DNA of 64,000 bases from an uncultured SAR86 cluster bacterium (GTDB taxonomy: Bacteria > Pseudomonadota > Gammaproteobacteria > Magnimaribacterales > AG-339-G14): the NCBI GenBank assembly GCA_902527995.1, contig CABZRA010000001.1, forward strand, positions 20,923 through 84,922, written 5' to 3'. The translations under genes and the position numbers were made by a program. The notes under the pieces were generated by a model that did not search any database, was not told the DNA's origin, and saw only the letters and a program-made list of their open reading frames with translations. Below, one piece after another: positions 26,263-35,409 of the stretch (positions are counted from its first letter, which is position 1; each line of letters begins with the position of its first letter).

Positions 26263-26698
26263 TTGATTGTCCTTCCTCTACACATAAGTTTAAAAATTCT
26301 TTTGTAAATGAATTCCATTGCAATCTTTCATCTTTTAAGAAACCAAATTTTAAACTTGTCTGAAAAATTTCCAATAAACTTACATGGAAATTTTGAAATC
26401 TTGTAACTTCTACTAACTTAGCTTCATGATAGATTCTCAAATTTAACTTAAGAGTTTTTTTATCTATAGGAGATTTCATTAATACTTCTAAGTTTGAGGT
26501 GTAATCTGACATTTTTTTTAATTTAAAATTAACCTCATAGTCATCCTTGTTTTGATCGTCGAGCATAGGAAGTTTAAAAATAAAGTTTTTGTCTTCTTTG
26601 GTATTAGAAATTAGTTTGGATACTAATAAAAAATTCGTAGCTTGAAAAAATTGAAGCTCCTTTAGTTTTTTATATTCCTGTTTATACATTTTTAACAT
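26234..26698 (-). CDS. yqiB: DUF1249 protein (YqiB-like)
   Basis: LNLRIYHEAKLVEVT aligns with E. coli YqiB ...VRLYHDAMVAEV as I recall it. The size is similar and the position is immediately upstream of yqiA. Confidence 0.65.
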   Translation of the reverse strand: MLKMYKQEYKKLKELQFFQATNFLLVSKLISNTKEDKNFIFKLPMLDDQNKDDYEVNFKLKKMSDYTSNLEVLMKSPIDKKTLKLNLRIYHEAKLVEVTRFQNFHVSLLEIFQTSLKFGFLKDERLQWNSFTKEFLNLCVEEGQSIETFIPTWL

Positions 26699-26804
26699 TT
26701 TATTTGTATTTGAAAGAAAGTAACTATCCTTAAAATTTTCATTATTTGAATATATCTAAAACTTTATAGCTTTAGTCTAATGCCTAATCTACTTTATTTT
26801 CAAA

Positions 26805-27434
26805 CTAGTCATAAGATGCCCATAGCACATTAGCAACAGTGGATCTATATGGCTTCCAAATTTCGCTAATGGCCCTCATCTCATCTTCAGATGGTCTGGC
26901 ATCAAAACCCTTTATTTTTTTTATAGCTATTTGAAGACCAAGGTCTTTTACAGGCCATATATCTGGCCTATCCAAAGAGGCAAGCATGTAGCATTCTGCT
27001 GTCCATTCTCCTATACCCTTGATTTTAATGAGGTTTTCTTTAAGTAATTCATCACTCATTCTATGTAATTTATAGAAACTTATTTCCTTATGTTTTATTG
27101 ATTCAGCAAGAATGCGACAGTAAGAAATTTTTTGTCTGCTCAATCCAGTTTCTTTAAGAACTGTGTCTGATAGTTTTAAAAATTCTTCTGGGTTAAATCT
27201 ATTCAATTTTTTTTTTATTCTAAAAAAAATTGCTTTTGCTGAAGCAACAGATAACTGCTGTTCTGTGATAAGTCTTATAAGGCCTTCAAAACCTTTAGGA
27301 CGTTTGAACTTTCTGAAATTTGAGTTATCGAGAAATAGACTCTCCAGATCTTTATCTTTTTCTATTAAATAAAAAATCTCTTTTTTTAATGGATGAGATT
27401 TAAGATGTTTTAAATGGGAGTAATTTTTTTGCAT
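26805..27434 (-). CDS. HhH-GPD DNA glycosylase (3-methyladenine DNA glycosylase II / AlkA-like)
   Basis: LIRLITEQQLSVASAKAIF, IKGIGEWTAECYML and WPVKDLGLQ carrying the catalytic Asp. ATG at 27434. Overlaps the upstream gene by 35 nt. Confidence 0.8.
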   Translation of the reverse strand: MQKNYSHLKHLKSHPLKKEIFYLIEKDKDLESLFLDNSNFRKFKRPKGFEGLIRLITEQQLSVASAKAIFFRIKKKLNRFNPEEFLKLSDTVLKETGLSRQKISYCRILAESIKHKEISFYKLHRMSDELLKENLIKIKGIGEWTAECYMLASLDRPDIWPVKDLGLQIAIKKIKGFDARPSEDEMRAISEIWKPYRSTVANVLWASYD

Positions 27435-28545
27435 CTTCAAGGTAATAATTAATATGAAGTTCTTCTTTGGTTACAAAATCTTCAATAGCTTCACTAAATC
27501 TTTCGTCGGCAATCCAGTGAGCAGAATAAGTTTCAGTGGGCGCAAATCCTCTTTTAATTTTATGTTCCCCTTGCACGCCGGGATCAAATTTTTTTAACTT
27601 ATTTTTTATACAATAATCTATTCCTTGGTAGTAACAACACTCAAAGTGAAGACAATCAAATTCTTCAATACAACCCCAATATCTACCATAAAGATTTTGA
27701 TCATCTCTAAAAAAAAGAGAACCCCCAACCATCTCATCGTTACTCTTCTTTTTTGCAAAAACTATAACCAAGTTTTTAAAAAGAGTTGCTGGGAAGTTTA
27801 AAAAAAATTGTTTTGTAAGATAACCAGAAAAACCACTTCTCTTGATATTAGTAGATAAATAAAATTTATAAAACTTGTTTAACAAATCATAATTTAAGCT
27901 TTCTCCCGAAAAAGTTTCTATTATCAATTCTTGTTCTATTATCTTATTCCTTTCTTTTCTTACATTTTTTCTATGTCTTGCTCTAAATGAATTTAAATAG
28001 TCTTCAAAACTTTTAAAATTTTCATTGAACCAGATAAATTGAGCATTCTTTCTGATACTCAAATTAGAATCATCAAAAAAATCAACTTCCTCTTCTCTCG
28101 GAAATAGAATATGCCATGAGGAAATGTTATTTTTAGCAGCAATATTTTTTATTCCTTCTTTAATCATTTCAAATAATTCTTTTTTATTTTCTCCGTCTTT
28201 GATTAGAAGTCTTGGACCAGAAGCAGGAGTATGTGGAATGGAGCTTACTAATTTTGGATAGTAATCTAAACCATGTTGATAAAAGGCATTGGCCCAAGAA
28301 TGATCAAACACAAATTCTCCTTGAGAATGACTTTTTAAGTAAAGGGGCATACCGGCGAGAAGAGAATTCCCCTTAGATATTGCAACGTGAAGGGGGATCC
28401 AGCCAGTTTTAGCGCCTACGCAGCTAGTACTTTCCAATAACTGAAGAAAATCATGCTTTAAAAATGGATAATTTATGTCATTTAGAAGTGAATCCCATTC
28501 CTTCTTAGAGATCTCTTCAATTGAACTATGAAAACTTATTTTCAT
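27400..28545 (-). CDS. COG3146 / DUF482 FemAB-like GNAT-fold protein of unknown function
   Basis: ~380 aa. The N-terminal ...WDSLL....PFLKHDFLQLLE.S.CVGAKTGW and C-terminal FDPGVQGEHKIKRGF motifs are typical of this family. TAATG junction with ubiA. Confidence 0.7.
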   Translation of the reverse strand: MKISFHSSIEEISKKEWDSLLNDINYPFLKHDFLQLLESTSCVGAKTGWIPLHVAISKGNSLLAGMPLYLKSHSQGEFVFDHSWANAFYQHGLDYYPKLVSSIPHTPASGPRLLIKDGENKKELFEMIKEGIKNIAAKNNISSWHILFPREEEVDFFDDSNLSIRKNAQFIWFNENFKSFEDYLNSFRARHRKNVRKERNKIIEQELIIETFSGESLNYDLLNKFYKFYLSTNIKRSGFSGYLTKQFFLNFPATLFKNLVIVFAKKKSNDEMVGGSLFFRDDQNLYGRYWGCIEEFDCLHFECCYYQGIDYCIKNKLKKFDPGVQGEHKIKRGFAPTETYSAHWIADERFSEAIEDFVTKEELHINYYLEDAKKLLPFKTS

Positions 28546-29399
28546 TAGATGAAAGTATCGACAAAAAAAGATAAAAACATTAAAAAGCCTAAAATATTAT
28601 TTTTTCTAAAAAAATTAAAACTTGAATTGGGGCTAGTGAAATCAGTCTTAAAAAAAATTATCAAGAAAAAAATTATAGTAACAAAAAAGAGAATAAAAAA
28701 TGTATTACTTAAAGCATTTAACAAACCTATATAACCAAAAAGTAATAAACCTATGAGGCCAAAGAGAAAAATAGAAGATTTTTCGAATCCCTCAAAGAAA
28801 ATAGCAGCACTTCCGACACCTAAAATTTTGTCGTCTTTTCTATCTGAGATAGCATAAGAAGTGTCATAGGATAAAATCCAAAAAAGATTGGCTAGCATTA
28901 AAATTAAACATTCAATCGTTATAGAATTTAAGCTTGCTGCAAAAGCTATTGGAATGCCTCCAGAGAAAGTTATCCCTAAGATAATCTGGGGAAGATTTAA
29001 AAATCTTTTTGAAAAAGGATAAAGAATAATTAAGCACATAAAAATTAGAGAGATATAAAAAGACAATAAGTTGAGTTGTGATAACAGAACTAGAGCCAAA
29101 AAAATTAAAAAAAATGTTAATAACAGAGCCTCTTTTAATGAAACTTTACTGGCGGCAATGGGCCTAGTTAATGTTCTTTGTACTTTCGCGTCAATATCTT
29201 TATCTACTAAGTCATTTATCACGCAACCAGCTGATCTCATTACTAAAGCTCCCAAGCTCAAAATAATAATAAGACGCAAACTTACATCGCCACCAGAAGC
29301 TACAAAAAGAGCAATTAATGTTGGCCATAAAAGAAGTAAGGTTCCAACGGGTTTATCTAAGCGCATTAAGTAAAAATAGTTTTTCAATCTTTCAGTCAC
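28545..29399 (-). CDS. ubiA: 4-hydroxybenzoate polyprenyltransferase
   Basis: LMRLDKPVGTLLLLWPTLIALFVA and the NDLVDKDIDAKVQRTLTRPIA Asp-rich motif. Polytopic. GTG start. Confidence 0.92.
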   Translation of the reverse strand: MTERLKNYFYLMRLDKPVGTLLLLWPTLIALFVASGGDVSLRLIIILSLGALVMRSAGCVINDLVDKDIDAKVQRTLTRPIAASKVSLKEALLLTFFLIFLALVLLSQLNLLSFYISLIFMCLIILYPFSKRFLNLPQIILGITFSGGIPIAFAASLNSITIECLILMLANLFWILSYDTSYAISDRKDDKILGVGSAAIFFEGFEKSSIFLFGLIGLLLFGYIGLLNALSNTFFILFFVTIIFFLIIFFKTDFTSPNSSFNFFRKNNILGFLMFLSFFVDTFI

Positions 29400-29443
29400 A
29401 CTGATATATTATTCAAAAATTAATAACCTGACAGATATTTATT

Positions 29444-29638
29444 ATGGAAGATTTTAGAAAATGGGAGTGCATAGTCTGTGGATGGATTTACGACGAAGCT
29501 GAGGGATTACCTGAAGAAGGCATTCCTCCAGGAACCAAATGGGAAGATGTGCCTCACGACTGGGTCTGCCCCGATTGTGGAGTGGGTAAAGAAGACTTCG
29601 ACATGATCCCATTAGAGGGCTCTGGAAAGAGTTATTAA
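29444..29638 (+). CDS. Rubredoxin
   Basis: Two CxxCG knuckles, CIVCGWIYDE and CPDCGVGKEDF. 64 aa. Confidence 0.95.
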   Translation: MEDFRKWECIVCGWIYDEAEGLPEEGIPPGTKWEDVPHDWVCPDCGVGKEDFDMIPLEGSGKSY

Positions 29639-30870
29639 TGTCTTATACATCAAGAATTTTGTTATCAATGTTTTTGGGAATCTCTCTTGGTTCCTCAATC
29701 AATTATCTTTTTTTGGATTACAGTTTAGTAATATTCATAATAGAAATTTTAAGTGCCTTAGGAGCAATATTTATTTCATCTTTAAAATTGATGGTGGTCC
29801 CTTTGGTATTTTTTTCACTAGTAACTGGAGTTGCGCAAATTACTGACTCTGCAAAGCTTGGTTCAATAAGCATCAAAGCAATTTTCTTATACTTAGCAAC
29901 AACCTCGATAGCTATTTCATTGGCTTTATTTTTTTCAAATTTTATCGACATAGGCAGTGGAGCTGGATTAGTGTCTGAAGCCAAATTCGTTGCGCCTTCT
30001 GCTCCTTCATTAAAAGAAGTATTTGTAAATATTTTTCCAACAAATCCAATTGCGGCAATGGCAAATGGCGAAATGCTTCAAGTAATTGTTTTTTCTCTAT
30101 TAGTTGGGTTGGGCGTTAAATCTCTATCCGCCTCTACAAATTTAATTAATTTTTTTGATTCTGGAAATAATTTGATGTTAAAAATTGTTGAATTAATTAT
30201 TTGGTTTGCACCTATAGGTATATTTTGCTTACTTACCGATATATTTTCTCAAATAGGCTTTTCAATAATTTATGATCTAGCTGGATATTTCTTTCTGCTG
30301 ATAGCTGTCCTACTGTTCCATGGAATTTTTATTTACAGCTTTTTTCTTTATTTCTTTACCAGACTAAATCCAATCGTTTTTTATAGTAAATTAAAAGAAG
30401 TAATATTTTTTGCTTTTAGTACTTCATCTAGCAGCGCAACTATGCCGCTTACTTTAAAGACGGCTAAAGATAAACTTGGCGTGGATCAGTCGGTCGCTTC
30501 TTTCACTATCCCTCTAGGAGCCACGATTAATATGGATGGAACTGCAATAATGCAAGGAGTTGCTACTGTCTTTATTGCTCAAGTCTATGGAATTGATTTG
30601 ACTATGATGGACTTTTTAATGGTGATTCTCACAGCAACACTTGCTTCGATTGGGACAGCAGGTGTGCCCGGTGTGGGCTTGATAATGCTTGCAATGGTAC
30701 TTCAACAAGTGGGGTTACCAGTAGAAGGCATTGCGCTAATAATTGGAGTTGATAGATTGCTTGATATGGTGAGAACATCCGTGAATGTTTGCGGCGATTC
30801 AATGATTGCCTGTTTGATTTCTTCCAGTGAAAATAACTTGAGTCAGGAAATTTTTTATGGTGATAGGTGA
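29638..30870 (+). CDS. Dicarboxylate/amino acid:cation symporter (DAACS family)
   Basis: FSTSSSSATMPLTL, IPLGATINMDGTA, GVPGVGLIML and DRLLDMVRTSVNVCGD. TAATG junction with rubredoxin. Confidence 0.88.
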   Translation: MSYTSRILLSMFLGISLGSSINYLFLDYSLVIFIIEILSALGAIFISSLKLMVVPLVFFSLVTGVAQITDSAKLGSISIKAIFLYLATTSIAISLALFFSNFIDIGSGAGLVSEAKFVAPSAPSLKEVFVNIFPTNPIAAMANGEMLQVIVFSLLVGLGVKSLSASTNLINFFDSGNNLMLKIVELIIWFAPIGIFCLLTDIFSQIGFSIIYDLAGYFFLLIAVLLFHGIFIYSFFLYFFTRLNPIVFYSKLKEVIFFAFSTSSSSATMPLTLKTAKDKLGVDQSVASFTIPLGATINMDGTAIMQGVATVFIAQVYGIDLTMMDFLMVILTATLASIGTAGVPGVGLIMLAMVLQQVGLPVEGIALIIGVDRLLDMVRTSVNVCGDSMIACLISSSENNLSQEIFYGDR

Positions 30871-30933
30871 AATCAAATTTATGAAAAATACTTAGATTTC
30901 TGATAAATTATTTTGACCTTTTAGGAGAAAATC

Positions 30934-32916
30934 ATGGAATTAAATCTTATCCTTCCGCCTTTATTAGGCATCTTCGGCTTGGTTGTTGCTTTACTCTTAT
31001 TTGCGCTTGTTATGAAGTATGACGGTGGCACTGATGAGGTAAAGAAAATTGGCGATCAAATCCACTTAGGAGCTATGGTTTTTATGAGAAGAGAATATTC
31101 TTACCTAGCATTATTTGTCTCTGTTCTGATAGTTTTATCGTATATTTTTCTCGGGTTTAATACCGCTTTGGCTGTTACAGCTGGAGCACTTTCTTCTTCA
31201 TTAGCTGGATGGTTGGGCATGTTTGCAGCTACAAAGGCTAACGTTCGAACTGCAACCGCTGCCAGTAAAGAGGGAGCTCAATCAGCATTATCTGTAGCTT
31301 TTTATGGCGGGTCTATTATGGGTCTGTGTGTGGCTTCTTTAGGCCTTGTTGGACTCGGCGGTTTATATTTTTATTTTGGCGGTGACCCAGAAACTGCAAG
31401 AGCAATTGAAGGTTTTGGGATGGGGGCTTCATGTGTCGCTTTATTCTCCAGAGTAGGAGGAGGAATTTATACAAAGAGTGCTGATGTTGGAGCCGATCTA
31501 GTTGGGAAAGTTGAGGCAGGAATTCCTGAAGATGACCCAAGAAATCCAGGAGTAATAGCAGACAATGTGGGAGATAACGTTGGTGATGTAGCTGGAATGG
31601 GTTCAGATATATTTGAATCATATTGTGGTTCTATGATTGCATCAATCGCCATAGCAGCAACTATTGACGATACCGGCATGATGGCGCTTCCATTAGCTCT
31701 GGCTTCATTAGGTTTACTTGCCTCAATTTTAGGAATTTTTATTGTGAGAGTTTTTTCCAAAGCAGATCCTGGAACTGCTCTAAGAACTGGGACCATGGGA
31801 TCTGCAGTATTATTTGTAGTAGCTGCTTATTTTTTAATACAGCTGTTATTAGATGAAAATGCTTTTTATACTTGGTTAGCTGTTCTTTCAGGAGCAGTTG
31901 GAGGTGTGCTGATTGGTCTGATTACAGAGTATTACACAGGTTCTTCGCCAGTAGAAAAAATTGCTAAGTCAGGGGAAACGGGTCCAGCTACTGTCATGAT
32001 CACTGGTTTATCTGTGGGAATGCAGTCAGTGGTTTTACCTATATTAATACTTGCTTCCATAATATTAGTTTCAACCAGTTTAGTAGGACTTTATGGTGTG
32101 GGAATTGCTGCTGTAGGAATGTTGGCTACAGTCGGAATAACTATGGCAATCGACGCTTATGGACCTGTCGCAGACAATGCAGGTGGGATAGCAGAAATGT
32201 CTGGAATGGGGAGCGAAACAAGAGAAATTACTGATTCGTTAGATGAACTTGGAAATTCTACCGCTGCTATTGGAAAGGGGTTTGCAATTGGAGCAGCAGC
32301 CCTTGCTGCCCTTGCTATTATAGCTGCCTTTGTCGAAACTGTTTCTCATAACAATGAGCAATTTGAATTGGTCTTATCTGATCCTCAAGTTTTAGTTGGT
32401 ATGTTTATTGGCATATCCATTCCTTTTTTGATTTCATCTATAACTATGACCGCAGTTGGGGATGCGGCTTTTGACATGATAAATGAAATTAGAAGGCAAT
32501 TTAGAGAAATTCCAGGCCTCTTGGAAGGAAACGCAGAACCTGATACTGCTAGATGCGTAGATATCGCAACATCGGCTGCTCTTAAAAGAATGTTATTGCC
32601 AGGAATAATTGCTGTTGGCGCCCCAGTAATTGTCGGGTTTGGTTTAAGTCCTGAATCTTTAGGCGGAATGCTTGGCGGAGGATTGATTGGATGCGTTTCA
32701 ATGGCCTTAATGATGGCTAATGCTGGAGGCGCTTGGGATAATGCAAAAAAATTCATAGAAAAAGGCAACTTAGGTGGAAAAGGTACCGATACCCATTCAG
32801 CAGCAGTAGTTGGTGACACAGTGGGCGATCCTTTTAAAGATACTTCTGGGCCTTCTATGAATATTTTAATTAACGTAATGGCAATAGTTAGCTTGGTTAT
32901 TTCCCCTCTGTTATAA
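30934..32916 (+). CDS. hppA: Membrane-bound cation-pumping pyrophosphatase (K+-dependent type; predicted Na+-translocating)
   Basis: [55 protein letters not shown] and [24 protein letters not shown]. Confidence 0.93.
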   Translation: MELNLILPPLLGIFGLVVALLLFALVMKYDGGTDEVKKIGDQIHLGAMVFMRREYSYLALFVSVLIVLSYIFLGFNTALAVTAGALSSSLAGWLGMFAATKANVRTATAASKEGAQSALSVAFYGGSIMGLCVASLGLVGLGGLYFYFGGDPETARAIEGFGMGASCVALFSRVGGGIYTKSADVGADLVGKVEAGIPEDDPRNPGVIADNVGDNVGDVAGMGSDIFESYCGSMIASIAIAATIDDTGMMALPLALASLGLLASILGIFIVRVFSKADPGTALRTGTMGSAVLFVVAAYFLIQLLLDENAFYTWLAVLSGAVGGVLIGLITEYYTGSSPVEKIAKSGETGPATVMITGLSVGMQSVVLPILILASIILVSTSLVGLYGVGIAAVGMLATVGITMAIDAYGPVADNAGGIAEMSGMGSETREITDSLDELGNSTAAIGKGFAIGAAALAALAIIAAFVETVSHNNEQFELVLSDPQVLVGMFIGISIPFLISSITMTAVGDAAFDMINEIRRQFREIPGLLEGNAEPDTARCVDIATSAALKRMLLPGIIAVGAPVIVGFGLSPESLGGMLGGGLIGCVSMALMMANAGGAWDNAKKFIEKGNLGGKGTDTHSAAVVGDTVGDPFKDTSGPSMNILINVMAIVSLVISPLL

Positions 32917-32940
32917 AAAAAATAATTTTCTATAAAGTCT

Positions 32941-35031
32941 TTATTGAGCAGCAATTAAATTTTCCTTTTTCCCAATCCATCTAAGCATTAGAAGATCAAC
33001 TAATTCAGAGTTTCCCTCAAGTTCTTTAGCAAGTTGTTCTGATTTATCTAAGAACTGAGCATCTCTAATAAGATCTGCAATTTTTAATTCCATCCCTCCT
33101 GATTGCTTAGTTCCTAAAATTTCTCCAGAACCTCTTAATTTCATATCTATTTCAGAAATTTCGAACCCATCATTAGTTTTTTTCATAGCAGTCATTCTTG
33201 CTTCGGCAGTTTCTCCTAGGTTGCCTTCATATAGAAGAATACAATGGGCTTTCATGTTTGGACCTCTTCCCACTCTTCCTCTAAGTTGATGCAACTGAGA
33301 CAGTCCAAGTCTTTCAGCATTTTCAATAACCATTAAACTTGCATTTGGAACATCCATGCCCACTTCAATGACTGTGGTACAAACAAGTACGTTAATCTTC
33401 CCACTTCTGAACTCTTCAATTACCTTATCTTTTTGATTTTTTGGTAATTTACTATGGACTATTCCTACTTTTAAATTTTCACTATTTTCTTCTAACCATT
33501 TCTTTGATGATTCAGCGTTTTGCACATCTAAATTCTCAGATTCTTCGATCATAGTGCATAACCAAAATGCCTGATTTCCATTTTCACAAATAATTTCTAT
33601 ACGTTTTATTAACTCATCTCTTTTTTTATTTGACATCACAGAAGTAGATACAGGGTTTCTACCTGGAGGCATTTCGCTGATTTTTGAAACGTTAAGGTCT
33701 GCAAACATGGTCATTGCTAAGGTTCTTGGAATTGGAGTAGCAGTCATGAAAAGCTGATGAGGCATGATACCTTTTGCAGTTTTCTGAAGTATCTCAAATC
33801 TTTGTTTAACTCCAAACCTTTGCTGTTCGTCTACAACTACTAGAGCAAGGTCTCTTAAAGAAACTCTTTCTTGAAAAACAGAATGTGTACCAATTAAGAT
33901 TTTTGTCTTACCAGATATCAATCCTTCGTTAACTTTTTCCCACTCATTTTTTTTTGTTTTTCCTGTCAAAAGAGCTATATCTAGATCTTCATTTTTCATC
34001 CAAAAAGAAAAATTTTTAAAATGTTGTTCCGCTAGAACTTCTGTCGGACAAAGTAAAACTGTTTGAAAATTATTTTTTGCTACGGACAACATTGCAGCAG
34101 CCGCGACTATAGTTTTTCCGGAACCAACATCTCCTTGAACGAGTCTTCTCATAGGTTTTGTTTGACTTAGATCTTGGTTGATTTCGTCTATTACTAAGTT
34201 CTGAGAATTTGTTAATTTAAATGGGAGATTTTCTTTAAAGCCCTCTAAGATTTCATCTAGAGTTTCCACACTAGGACTCATCATTTTGTCTATCCGGCTG
34301 GTAGAAATTTTTACACCAATAAGGTTTGTTAACAATTCTTCAACGATCAATCTTTTTTGAGCAGGATGAGAAAAATTCTTTATTTTTAAAATTTCATCTT
34401 TTATAGACGGATTATGAATTGTATGGAGAGATTTTCTTATGGAAAGTTTTGACACATTATTTTTAGAGAAAGTTTCGTCAATTTTTTTTTCATACAAATT
34501 TTCGCTAGGCATTTCTCTAATGCAGTTCTTTATTATACTTCTAAGTCTATATTGGGTAATTTTGCTTGAACCAAGTGAATAGATAGGCGTTAGAGTATTG
34601 TCTAAAGGAGGTCTTTTATTAGAATCAAATATTTTATAACTAGGATGAAATATTTCTAATTTTCCTCCAGTATCTCTTACGACTCCGTAAATCCTTATTT
34701 TTAAACCTTTGATAAATGCTTTTACCTGAGGAGTAGAAAAGAAAAAAAGACGTATTTGAATAAAACCAGTACCATCAGTGATTTTCGCAAAGAACGCTCT
34801 TCTTCCAGGATAATAGATTTTACTTTCAAGAATTTCGCCTTCAATTTGATAAGCATTTCCGGGCTCCACATCAATTATCTTCGTTAATTTTGTTCTATTT
34901 TCGTAGCTCTTGGGCAAGTAAAAGAGCGCGTCTTGTATCGTTTCTATTCCTAATTTTTGTAGTTGATTTTTTACTTTAGGACCAACGCCTTTTATGCCGT
35001 CGATAGATTTATTTAACAAATATTCGGTCAC
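32941..35031 (-). CDS. recG: ATP-dependent DNA helicase RecG
   Basis: Wedge/OB N-terminus. Walker [16 protein letters not shown] (DExx box). [11 protein letters not shown] motif VI. Confidence 0.94.
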   Translation of the reverse strand: MTEYLLNKSIDGIKGVGPKVKNQLQKLGIETIQDALFYLPKSYENRTKLTKIIDVEPGNAYQIEGEILESKIYYPGRRAFFAKITDGTGFIQIRLFFFSTPQVKAFIKGLKIRIYGVVRDTGGKLEIFHPSYKIFDSNKRPPLDNTLTPIYSLGSSKITQYRLRSIIKNCIREMPSENLYEKKIDETFSKNNVSKLSIRKSLHTIHNPSIKDEILKIKNFSHPAQKRLIVEELLTNLIGVKISTSRIDKMMSPSVETLDEILEGFKENLPFKLTNSQNLVIDEINQDLSQTKPMRRLVQGDVGSGKTIVAAAAMLSVAKNNFQTVLLCPTEVLAEQHFKNFSFWMKNEDLDIALLTGKTKKNEWEKVNEGLISGKTKILIGTHSVFQERVSLRDLALVVVDEQQRFGVKQRFEILQKTAKGIMPHQLFMTATPIPRTLAMTMFADLNVSKISEMPPGRNPVSTSVMSNKKRDELIKRIEIICENGNQAFWLCTMIEESENLDVQNAESSKKWLEENSENLKVGIVHSKLPKNQKDKVIEEFRSGKINVLVCTTVIEVGMDVPNASLMVIENAERLGLSQLHQLRGRVGRGPNMKAHCILLYEGNLGETAEARMTAMKKTNDGFEISEIDMKLRGSGEILGTKQSGGMELKIADLIRDAQFLDKSEQLAKELEGNSELVDLLMLRWIGKKENLIAAQ

Positions 35032-35408
35032 TAAATCTTTACAGCAATAGTCTCTATTTCTACTAAACTATTTTTTGGCAGTTTTGAAACTTCATAAGCT
35101 GCTCTAGCCGGATAAGGTTTTTTAAACAGATCTGCCATAACTTTGTTAACTAATTCAAAATTATCCAAATCATCTAAAAGAATAGTCAATTTGACTACAT
35201 TTTCAAAGGATAGCTTTTCTACTTTCAAAATATTTTTTATATTTAAAAAAGTTTGTCTTATTTGATTTTCAACTCCATCAACAAGCTCCATAGTTTTGGG
35301 TTCTAAAGGAATCTGTCCGGATATAAATAATAAATTTTCTGTTGCAATAGCTTGAGAGTAAGTTCCTATAGCTTGTGGCGCATTAATAGTCTTAATCTCT
35401 TTTTTCAT
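35031..35408 (-). CDS. ridA: RidA/YjgF-family reactive-intermediate deaminase
   Basis: APQAIGTYSQAI...LFISGQIP...PARAAYEVSKLPKNSLVEIE. ~125 aa. Confidence 0.9.
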   Translation of the reverse strand: MKKEIKTINAPQAIGTYSQAIATENLLFISGQIPLEPKTMELVDGVENQIRQTFLNIKNILKVEKLSFENVVKLTILLDDLDNFELVNKVMADLFKKPYPARAAYEVSKLPKNSLVEIETIAVKI

Positions 35409-35409
35409 T

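Noticed and set aside
31316-31796. Two overlapping 101-aa and 109-aa antisense ORFs inside hppA
   Set aside because: Same reasoning as above. The relatively GC-rich, Gly/Ala-rich hppA sequence suppresses stop codons on the opposite strand.
32385-32954. 189-aa ORF antisense to the 3' part of hppA, extending past the hppA stop and into the recG 3' end
   Set aside because: It lies entirely opposite a very well supported, motif-rich gene. Its Pro/Ser/Thr/Ala-rich low-complexity translation is what is expected from reading Gly/Ala-rich codons backwards. It has no recognisable motifs, RBS or independent space.
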